From Vezdaea acicularis (taxonomy: Eukaryota): a stretch of 39,701 nt of DNA. The translations under genes were made by a program, and so were the position numbers. The stretch spans positions 1 through 39,701 of the forward strand of contig JAPEUI010000137.1 in the NCBI GenBank assembly GCA_026025075.1, in the 5' to 3' direction. How positions within the stretch are numbered: position 1 is the first letter of the stretch; each line of letters starts with the position of its first letter. Below are positions 23,204 to 33,690 of the stretch, piece by piece. Under the pieces are notes generated by a model. It had not been told where the DNA came from and did no database searches. It saw only the letters and a list, made by a program, of their open reading frames with translations.

Positions 23204-23512
23204 CGTCGGTGCACCCAGGCCTATTTAATTGCTGCTTCCACACCACCAACGCTATATTTCGGCGTTTTCGCCCACGTTCGTGCTCGTGCTGTTGGCAGCA
23301 TCTTCTGAAAAGAAAACAAATTCTTGCCCACGCTTTCAATTCTTTACCTTTTCACAAGCTTTCATTTCGCGTAACTTTTTTGGTCAGGTACGGACGGAAG
23401 GCTTCCGCGAAATGCGGGGACCTTATTCTCACACCAGACATACCCCTGTCCCTCACTGCATCGCACGACCGATAAATCTCCACAAAGCATACAATTACAG
23501 TACGAGCACAGC

Positions 23513-23922
23513 ATGTCGAACCAGCCGCAAGAAAAAGTCACAGGTGAAGGACACCTGCGCACCTCGTCCGTAAGCACCCTCTTTCCTTACACACCCCCAA
23601 ACCGGTATTCCTTCAAAGCACCAACCATCCCCTCCCCCAAATCACACACCCCTTCCCCCCCCCCCAATCCATCCCCCAATTCCCTCCACTAACACTCCCC
23701 CCCCTCCTACAGCAAGACCCCACCTCCCAACCCCTGCCCCCCACCAGCGGCGCCACCAACGAGCTCTCCGCGGTCGTCGACGAGCTGCTCAGTTCGCTGA
23801 GCACGAAATTCTCGAGCGTGAGCGGCGAGATATTCGGGAAGATGGATGAGATGTCCAGACGGCTGGATAACCTGGAGCAGACAATACAACGGAATAATCA
23901 GGGCGGGGCGGGGGGGAAGTGA
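23513..23922 (+). CDS. HSBP1: Heat shock factor binding protein 1 (HSBP1) family small coiled-coil protein, 88 aa, 2 exons (absent from ORF track)
   Basis: Exons 23513-23569 and 23713-23922 (intron GTAAGC..ACTAAC..TACAG). Translation includes NELSAVVDELLSSLSTKFSSVSGEIFGKMDEMSRRLDNLEQTI, matching the HSBP1 signature KF..(V/M)S..I..(K/R)(M/I)D(E/D)M..R(L/I)D.LE. Confidence 0.88.
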
Positions 23923-24190
23923 GGGCGTTGTCAAAGGGGGGATTTCTGGGGAGTTGAAGGGTAGAGGTGGGAGAGGTGGAGGAAGGTTTAGGAAGGGGAG
24001 TGCGGTTGGTTGGCAGGCGTCGTGGCAATTGTTAATGGGTTGAGTGGTTTGGTTACTTGAACGATACGTGAACAGCGTAGCATATTGAAATCCAATCATG
24101 CATTCATTCTCTTTTCTGGACACATAGCAGCCTAAGACAGTATACATCTAACCCCTAATCCCATGCTACACCCGCACTCCCGCACGCCAA

Positions 24191-25341
24191 CTACAACTCC
24201 TCTTTCCCGCCCGTCTTCGCGCCAAACAAGCTCAGGATATTCCTTCTGATGGTAACATCATCCTTCTTCTCCGGCGCGAGGCCGCCGCGCTTGAGAATCC
24301 CGTCCAGCCGGCTCAGCTCCTTTTGAGCATAGCCCTCACTCTTCGCGAGCTTGGCGAAGACCTTGACATAGTACTCCGCATACTTGTCCTTGGCGCCCTG
24401 CGCCGCCTTGGTCACCTCCTTGGTGATCGTATCGATCGCCTGCCCGGCATTGAACTTCTCGACCAGCGCATCCAGCGCGGCGACCGTCCCAGCCTTGGCG
24501 TCCAGCCCGCCGCCGACAGCGCGGTGCGTGCCGGCTTGCTCGTTCAGGTAGGCCACTAGGTCCGCTTCGGAGCGGCCGCCGGTATAGTCGACGGGCGTGG
24601 AGGACCCGGCGGGGAAGTACTTGATGGTGGGGTAGGAGGTCACGCCGAGGTCTTGTGCGGTGGCTTTAGCGTCCGGGGCTTCGGCGTCGATCTTGGCTAC
24701 GAGCACGTTGGGTTCCAGTGCGAAGTCGAGAGCGAGCGTCTCCCAAACAGGGGCGAGTTTCTTGCAGTCTGGAGGGTACGTTAGTTTTGGGCTTGTACGG
24801 CGGAGAGTGGTATCCAAGGTGACTTACGCCCACACCACGGCGCGGTGATAGCAACCAAGACACTCTTATCCCCACCGATCTCCGTCTTAAAGGTCTTGTC
24901 ATCCAGCATCTCAACCGCACTAGGCAAGCTCTTCTTGACCTTTGGCTTCAGCCCCGTCTTCCCCTTGATAAACTCCGTCAAGCTCTCCAAATCCCGTCCA
25001 CTATTATAATCCTCCGGCTTCCCCCCCTTCCCATCAAACCACTTGAGCGTGGGGAACCCTTGCACACCAAATTTCTTCCCCAGCTCTTTATGCTCGTCGG
25101 CATCCACCTTGCCAATCACGAGTTTGTCCTCCGCCCATTCATAGCCCTTGGCTAATTCCTCGTAGACGGGGGCCAGCGTCTTGCAGTGCCCGCACCAGGG
25201 CGCGAAGAACTCGACAAGCGCAGGCTTGCCGGAGGAGAGGACGACGCTGTCAAAGTTGCTGGGAATCAGGTCGAGCACAGCGGCGGCGTTTGTGCTGAGG
25301 ACGGCGAGAGAGCCGAGGAGGAGGTGGGTGAGGCGTGTCAT
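24191..25341 (-). CDS. tigA: Protein disulfide isomerase TigA/Erp38 (a-a'-ERp29c), 363 aa, 2 exons
   Basis: Exons 25341-24828 and 24768-24191 (1092 nt). Signal peptide MTRLTHLLLGSLAVLSTNA, two APWCGHCK motifs (the second split by the intron), ERp29-like C-terminal domain, KEEL ER-retention tail. Confidence 0.93.
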
Positions 25342-26403
25342 GGTGGCAGGAGGGGCAATCAAGGACCAATTAGAGAACTTGAGCCGTAGACAAATGATTG
25401 CGATCCTTATCAATCACTCAAATTTTTGAGAGGGAGTTGTTATGAGGTCAAGGGAGCGGGAGGGCGGGTGCAGTGGGGTCTTGTTCGACGGTTGGGAGTT
25501 CTAGCCAAAGCTGATAAATCGTGGGAAAGTCGACAAACTGGCCACATTTCCTAGCCGATTGAGCTAAAATTACCTGCGCGTTCCTGGCGAGGGGACGCCA
25601 CACCCTTCTCAGCAGGGTCGCATTCCCCAGACTGCAAGCGGCCCTAATTCACCACCACCTCAATTACAGTTTTATGTCAGGGGCGACTAGTCGCTGTCGT
25701 AACTGAGATCCCAGATCCTGGAAAAGTCAAAAAGCCTCTCGATCAAAAAACTCTTCAAGCATCAGGAATATTTTCATTTGCGTGCGACAAGCTCGTATAT
25801 TTGCTATGCCTACAACACAATTGCCTTCCTCCACCTATAAACTTCCATCTCCCCCTCAAGCCAAACAACCTGATAGAATCCAAGCACTAACATGTATATC
25901 GAACAAGGTATAATCCGACCGCACAATTAGATGTCTCCGCAGAGTCGGAGTAGCAGCAGTAAGAGCGGCAAAGATGACAAAAGAAACTAGTGAGACAGGG
26001 GCAAAAACACAGTTCCCAGGCCAGCCGGTCGAACGAGTTGTAGTAGTGTGTGCGCTGCGTGGCGCAACGGTATTAGGTAGTTGGTGAGAGAACCAGCATA
26101 TGTGGTGCGATGAATCCGACCTGTGACCCCCGTGTAGTGCCCCCCCAGAACCCGCCCGCCGAAAAAAAGGTATTCCCAATTTATGTCTGAAAGGAGAGAT
26201 GAGAGAGGGGGGAAATATGCAGCTAGGAAAACGCTTGAAGCGTGATGACGATGATGAGGGGAAAAGAAACGACAATGCTGCGGAGACTAACGCCGTTTTA
26301 GTGAAGAGAGGAGAGATGATGTGCTCGATGGGGAATCTAGAGAGTGGTAGGGAAATCGTGTGAGACATTAGAGAGGTAAGGAAAAGGTAGGTGAACGAGA
26401 CGA

Positions 26404-29095
26404 TCAGAAGGTTGCGGTACTGTCAAGCTTGTATTCCTCGGCGCCGGGAATAACTGTCGATGGTGTAGACGCGCGAGAAGCAAGACCATCCTCGTCGCCG
26501 ATCAACGCTTGAGAATGCAGTTTGAAGGATTCACCGAGAAGGCGAGTTATACTTTCGGACAAGTCAGTTATTTGCTCGATACTCAATGGAAAGTGAAAAG
26601 GTAAGCTTACCCCCAAACGACAACCTCATCGAGCATGCCGCCCCAGATACGTGCAACAACCGAGCTGAGTTTAGAGCCATTGATGTCGGCCGAGTCGTCG
26701 TCAAACAGGGTCCGAACTTTGTTGTACATGATTATCTCCTCGTCCGTGGCCTGCTCCTCATCGTGTTCCAGACGATAGAGCCACAAACTGAGAATGACCA
26801 TCAAGTCAAGACCACAAAGAGGATGCTCCACGCTCCAGTTGGTCGGAGAAGTTCTCGCCACCCAGCGGATACCTTGCACTGCACAAGTCTCGATGCACTC
26901 GAAGCAGACTTGGATCACCTTGATCATCTCGTGAGACCGTTTGACTTTCTCTTGCGCATTCGTCATCGCGGCTGCGACTTCGAAAGAGTCGTGATAACGT
27001 AGTGCTTCCTGAATTGATTTGAGGTCAACTTCGAGGCGGGCGCGAGTGTTTCGGTACATGGCCATGGCGTTGAAGATCAGGGGATGGGACTTGTGAGGCG
27101 AGTTGAGAGGAATAGCAAGCGTCTCGTTGTCGCACAGCTCCAAGGCTTTGTCCCATGTCTCCAATGCTTGTCGAAGTCGCCACTGGGTCACGACATCTTG
27201 CAACGCCTCTGGGCTCCTCTTGTGATACCATACTTCCAAGAAGAGAGCATTGATCATGATTCGGGCAGCGAAGACGCTGTAATGTGCGGTCTCTCCCTGG
27301 AACAGTAGATCGTGCGCTTCTCGGAAGGTAAGAATCTTGGAAGCGTTGAGATGCTCTCGCCAACGGACCTCTTCGGAATCTTCGAGGTTCCACAATGACT
27401 CCGGACAAGGTAGCTCCAAAGAATCAAACTCGTTGAAGCCAATCGCAGGTGTGTGGTTGTAAGTCAAGGTGAGCATCCCGAAGAAGATGTATACGGCATA
27501 GTAAGTCCGGCGGCAGCCTTCATCCACGATCCATTCCTCACGCGTAGGTTGTGCGCCTTCCCGAGCCTCAGTTCGGATCTTGAGCTCGTATCGATTGCCA
27601 GCTACCATGTTTGCAAGGAGACTCTTGATAGAGCATGCCCACTCGAGACCCTTTGGATCACCGCTCCAGCTCGCAAAGATCATGTTCAGAAGCGAGGTTT
27701 GCATTGTCCAGAGAGGACATTTCCGCGAGCTGAAGTTCTCCTTGTTCTGGAGGAATTGGTTGACGAGAATCTTGGAAGAGATGTGCAGCATGTAGGCTTG
27801 TTCCTGCTCGAAATTGTACAGAGCGCCGATCGAGAGAACAGCCAAGAGCAGTGACGGCGAGAGCTGGGCAGGCTTGAACGAGGGAGGGTGCAAGAACGGC
27901 AAGTGATGATGGAACAGACTAAAGTAGGTGGACAGGTATCTGTTCAACGATGTCCTGCCAGGCAGGCGGAATGCATCCATGATGGCTCGTTCCGAGTCGG
28001 TCTCCCTGATGTTGTCGAGGATCGCGTTGCGTTCCTCGTCACTTTCAACCGCAGGCGCCTTGGAGGACATTCCATTGCTTGACGGTCCGGGTGACTTTCG
28101 GCAGTCCAATGGAGATGCTGCTCCTGGGAGATAGCCGTAAGGCGAGTAAGCTCCCGGTGTGACAGCGGCGGAGACGGGCACGGAGCTGCTCAAGGACTGG
28201 AGGGCGGGCGCGAGCGCGTCGCCCGCTGACGGGTGCCTTTCCATTATCGACGAGAGATGTTTGTTGCTCGGTTGCTGGACCGTACTGACGCTGGTGAAAG
28301 AAGCTTGAGATCCTTGGGAGTCGTGGGAACCGGAAATGCTTGACGAGATGGAATGAGCCTTGGGTTGGGCGACGGAGTGAGGCATGAAGGTATCCCATGG
28401 CACAGGCACTTGAGGTAGGGCAACGGCACCGTTCGGGTAGGTGACAGACGCCTCGAGAGAAGGACCACCGATCGGAGAGACTGCCGTTTCTGACCCCTCT
28501 CCCATGGTATCCATCTCTTGATTTGACATTGCGGCCGTCGCCTTGTGATGCAGATCGGTCATCAGCATCGCCGCCGTTTCGAGATCAACCATGCCATCGC
28601 TGCTCGCCTCGAGTTGTTCCAACGTGGCTGCGTCGATGGTGATGGGTGACTTGGATGGCCCTGCTATCGACGACGATTTGGTCACCCTGCGCTTGACTTC
28701 GCTGTGTAGCGGGACACCTCCATCCTTTGCATGTACGGTACGATCATGGCGGAGCAGGAGATCGCGTCGGACGAAGGTGCTTCGACATTTGAGGCATTTG
28801 AACGGTCGCTCCTTCGTGTCTGTTCCGATGAGATGTCATGTCAGTCCATTTCATCATGATGATAGAAAGCGAGGGGGGTTTCCAGCTCGCGTGAGCTCAA
28901 ACGGAATCCCGGCCCCACCAAGGGAGCGTCGCCAAAGCAAACAGAAAACTTACGTGACCTCTCGTGTCTGCTCCGATGCTCACTTCGACTGAAGGCTCGG
29001 TGACAGAACTGGCACTTGTACTTCTTCTCGGGCGCCAGTGGTGATTTCCTCGTGGCCGCGGATGCGGGTGGAAGGACGGCCATCGCAGCAGGCAT
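26404..29095 (-). CDS. C2H2 zinc-finger transcription factor with fungal-specific TF domain (Klf1/Zas1-like architecture), 832 aa, 3 exons
   Basis: Exons 29095-28954, 28819-26611, 26551-26404 (2499 nt). Two fingers: YKCQFCHRAFSRSEHRSRHERSH-TKERP-FKCLKCRSTFVRRDLLLRHDRTVH. Fungal_trans motifs: YFSLFHHHLPFLH, LLLAVLSIGALY, EGCRRTYY, LPCPESLW. Confidence 0.9.
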
Positions 29096-31125
29096 CGGGA
29101 TCGACTTGACCGCGAGTGCTTCTCTTCAGGTGGTACGGGGGGCGGGCGCTGAGATGATTTCTGACCTCGTTCTCTCCTCGACGGACCGTCGCACTCGAGC
29201 GTTTAACTTGTCGTGGGTTGGTGAAGTAGTTGCCGACGTGGTTGCATTCCTCTGCGTGCGTCTGTTTTCATTGACCGTGGGTGAGGCGGTGTGAAGGTGG
29301 CCACTTGGAGGATGTCGGTGTCGCGCGAAAACTCGCGTACAGGACGAAAAGCGGCCGACGAACGACGGAAGCAGACGATGGGGGGTAATTAGGTGGGCGA
29401 GAACGAGTCGTCGCCGCGTGGATATATGATGTTTTTGGATTTTCTGGAGGGGTGAAAGAAAAATCGAAGGGAGGAGAAAAAGGAACGATGGGGCCTGAAC
29501 GAGAGGGATGGGGGGGATGAGGGATGGGCGAGAGTGTGAAGGGGAGAGAGAGGGAGGAAGCGTGCCAGGCGGGGGAAAGGGCTGGGTTTGGTGGGGGGTG
29601 GGGAGTGTCGAGGAAAGGGGGGGCAAATGGGCGACGGCGACGAGACGAGACACAATTTCAGCGAGGCTTTGCGTTTTCATTTGCTGTCGCTCGCCGAACT
29701 CTGAATCCCTGGACGTCGCCGGTCGCCATTATGTCAGCGACGAGCAACCAACAGCCGGTCACCACCACCGCGACTGCAGCGACCGCAACGACCGCCACGG
29801 GCCACGCACACGGCCCGGGGCAGCCAGGTTTTTTTGGCTGTCGGGTATGATTTGAATGCCGCTCATGCGCCGGTACAGCGACCAGATCGAGGCGGATGAG
29901 CTGGTGGTGGATGATATAACCCCCCTCCCGCCGAGATCGAGGAACAAACTGGAGGGTACATCTGGTGCGGAGTCTGTCCCATGCCACGACACTGCACATC
30001 TACGCACGCACACCCATATCCTCACTCACTTCCTCACGCATGCACACCGAGAGGTCCCGATGGCTCGTCGGACGCGGGGCTCGTCACTTCTCCTGTTGAG
30101 AGGGGTGTCCAGGCGTGATGGCGGGGAATGACGACAAGGCCGTTAGGTGCGTTCCTCGGTCGCTGCGATGGGACGAGACGCTCTTGACCAGTCCCGCCTA
30201 CTTTCCACGACGCTGTCGACTCCTAAGGGCGGGTGTCATCATGTCGCATGCAGGGGCTGCCCACCTCAGCAAAAGGCTGTCCCTCTCCTGAAGACCGTGT
30301 GTCGCGGATGGGGGGGAGGGGGGTCTTGGAGTCGCGACGGGACCGGCCAACGAGGGTGACACGCTTTCTTGATCTCCAGGGCCGTCCAGCGAACGACGGT
30401 CGCCGGGGGCCAAGGCCTAGGAATCGGGGCGGGCGGGTCGGCCAGGCAGGCAGGCGATGGCGCGGCGCCGGGGCCGGCGACTGGCACGGGGCATCCCCGA
30501 CGGGCCATGCTCCACCATCGGTGGCTGAAGGAGGAAGAAAGAGGAACGAGAGGAGGGAGAGGAGGGAGAGGAGGGAGAGGAGGAAGAGGCCAGAGGCAGG
30601 CGGCAGTCGAGGCGGGTGCACGGGAGCGCGGGAGGCCAAAGCGGCGGGGAAAAAGGGCGTCGTCCCGGTTTGTCTCGCGCGGGCGGCCCTCGGCGCCTTG
30701 CCGCTTCGGGCCACACGCGACGGCTTTTTCACTTTTCTCTTTTTCTCTTCTCGCGGGAGAAGGAGAGAGAGAAGGGGAGGGGGGAGAACGAGGGACGAGG
30801 GGAAAGCATTGGACGCTCCATCTCACCGGTGGCCGCGGTGCATGCGTCTTGCTTTCCCTGCGCTGCCTCCTTCGGGGCGAATCCCGCTGCGGTCGAGCGA
30901 AAAGAGCCAGACAGGGCCAACCTCGGGACGCGCAGACAACTGCAGACCGCAGACCGCAGACACGATGCCGTCGTGGCAAGGGCCGAGCACAGCGGCCAGA
31001 GATGCGGTCGTCAAGCCGTCAAATGCATCACCGACTGCGCCCTCGGTCTGCTCGTCCGGATGGCGAGGGAGACGGTGGGAAGACGGAGGCAAACGGAGAG
31101 AGTCGGAGTGGGTGGCAGAGAGTGG

Positions 31126-31149
31126 GACGACGACGACGACGACGACGAC
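31126..31149. repeat. (GAC)8 microsatellite in the divergent TF/CDC25 intergenic region
   Basis: Read directly. Confidence 0.85.
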
Positions 31150-31568
31150 CGCGCCACGTCTCGTCCGGACTGTGCCACAACCTTCTCTGCTCTTCTCGAA
31201 CGCTCCCATCAATCACCGTCGGGGGACGCCCTCCAAGAAAAGAACCGGGCATACGGGCTTTGGAATGCGGATACCGTATTCCCATCTCCGAATCAGCTGT
31301 GGCATCGTCGGTCGTACGAAGAAGCTGCTGCCCGGAGACGTCGCCATACCACCAACGCCGCGCGAAGAGGCTTCGGCCACCTCTCGCTGTTTACGCCCCG
31401 CCAAGCGCTCGCACAAAGCAAGCGGAAGGGCGGTGGGGCTTCACGCGTCTGAATTCAGCGAACAACCCGACTCCACTCGATCCGACTTGCGAGATTAGGT
31501 GACGGCCATTGTTTACATACTTGCAAAGTACGTGGAAAGGGCGTTCGGGAGTGTTTGCTCCGGTCTCT

Positions 31569-31607
31569 TGCTGCTCATCTCTGCTGCTCATCTCTGCTGC
31601 TCATCTC
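31569..31607. repeat. 13-nt tandem repeat (TGCTGCTCATCTC)x3
   Basis: tgctgctcatctc tgctgctcatctc tgctgctcatctc. Confidence 0.85.
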
Positions 31608-33690
31608 GCTCCACGCTGCTTCCCCTCCATCGCGGCACTCGCTTCCGCGCTTGGCACCGCCGGCGCCGCCAAGAACATGGGTGGGGAGGGGGCCAACCCG
31701 GCCGCCGGACCCGGCTGCCCCGTCCAGCCCGCCGGCAGAGCGAGAGGGGAAGGGGTGGGAAGGGGAAGGAGAGAGGGGAGGGGAGGGAAGGGAAGGAACG
31801 AATGGAGGGGTTTCGTCGTCGGCCAAGGCACACACGAGATCGATCTCCTTGTCCGACCCGGTATCGATTGAGATCTTGCAATACGTTAATCGCAGGTCCC
31901 CCTCTCGCATCCCGCCGCTCTTCCCCGATTCTGATCCGCGGCACCGATTGTTGTGTCGGGCGGAAGGGGCGGAGAAGGCGCGCCCACGCAAAGAGAAAGC
32001 GCGGTTGTCTCTCCCCGTTTTTCTCGTTTTTTTGCACAATTCCGTGCCAAGGGGTCGGCCGTGGGCGTCGAAGAAGCAAAGAGGCGGTCCCTCCTTACCG
32101 CATCGGGAAGGCGCCGGAGGGACCATCTGAGACGCTCCGTCGCCCCGTCGACTCCGATCCCACGGCCCTGGAATCGACGCGCCGCCGAAGAGAGCGGTGC
32201 ACGCACTCGTCCTGCGCCGGTCGGACGTTGCTTTTATACCGCTGATAATGAGGACTGCCGGACACTGGCCCGGCGAGGAGAGACCCTTGGTGGGGGAGGC
32301 CGCCATATCTTCACGATATCGGGGCCATGCCCTCAAATCACACGCGAGTGTGGACAGATGCCCGGCGACTTGATAAGAGAGCATCGCATCGCCGTCTGGC
32401 TCGTGTCGCACGCGTTCCACGATACGATCAGATCGTGTTCCTGCGCTTCGGCGGATCGACTAGTTGCGGGGGAAGGGGGTGTGGGAAGAGCAGAGGACGC
32501 TTAATCAGTTGATCCCTCTGCCCACTGGTCCGCAGACCCCCCATTCCTCTATTATGCCTGACAAAGTCGAGGAACTTCTGCGGTGCATAATTCTTGAACG
32601 TCTCACATAAAGGGCTTGGATGGGGACTGTGCCCTATACTTTGCCCGAAGGAATTGTATCTTATAGGCGACTTGATATATAGCTCACCATGTTCACCACA
32701 TCCTTGGCCGCAAAAGGGGGACGCTTCCCACGTGGAGGACGCCGAATCCATCAGGCTCCCCGTCGACTATTAAAAATAGCAAATAAATCTGAATTACCCG
32801 CAGAGGGCTGCATCGTTGCAATACCACGGGTCCACATAGGGATCCAGATCCTCTGCCAGGACGTGCGGCAACGTGGGAAGCAAATGACAGCTCGAGCACG
32901 ACAGGAGGGCTGATCTGATCCTCTCCGCGTCGAGCCCGCACGCGACGGTCCGTTCCCGCTGACCAACTCTGAGCCAATTGTCTTTCACTATCATGATGAT
33001 GCCGCGGAAGAGCGGCAGAGGAGTGGTAGAGGGGTGACAGAGGAGGATGTGGTGTGCTTTCTGCCGGACGAGAGACACGATTCTTGTAAGACGTGAAGCC
33101 GGAGCCGTTGCACAAGGCAGGCTGCCATACAAAGAAACACCTTCTATAAGAACGCCTTCCATCCGCTCTGCTCGATTCCCCACCCCTCGCCCCCCGCCCC
33201 CTTTTTCCCTCGGACACGGACTGCGCAATCCACAGTCCGCTCGATGCCCTACGCGCGACTGAACCTGACCAGCCGCAGTCCCACTTCTCTGGTGCAGCTC
33301 ATAACCCGTCTCTCGCGCCTGTTTGGCAGGCCTCCCACAGATCCCAGCGACGGCGCAGTAGTCTGCCTGGCGAATCGCGAGCCTCGCTTATCCCTCGCCG
33401 TCGGCTCCCACTTACGCGCCTGATCCTCTTCGTGAGAAGCGGGAGCCACTCACGAGCGCCGTTTCGCTCTGTCGCAACCGCGAATTATCCCCCCCCCCAG
33501 TTTTTATCGCGCACCATGCTCGACACTTGCGACCGCTCCCTCACTTCCTGAACATCGATCCCTTCCACGAGCCCGGAAAGCCGTCGAAGTGATCTGATCG
33601 CTCGATGACCGCGCGACGAGTTGGGAGTCCTTGGTAGCTCGACCTCCCCCTCTCCCACCAACCCCCCGCGCCGTTACCGCGAAACCCACC

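Noticed and set aside
28838..28862. ATGATGA..CTGA (C/D box-like) in TF intron 1
   Set aside because: The boxes are only 6 nt apart and the CTGA is the intron branch point
30223..32504. Stack of long overlapping ORFs (up to 421 aa)
   Set aside because: Open in several frames on both strands, low-complexity and repeat-derived; typical of GC-rich non-coding promoter DNA
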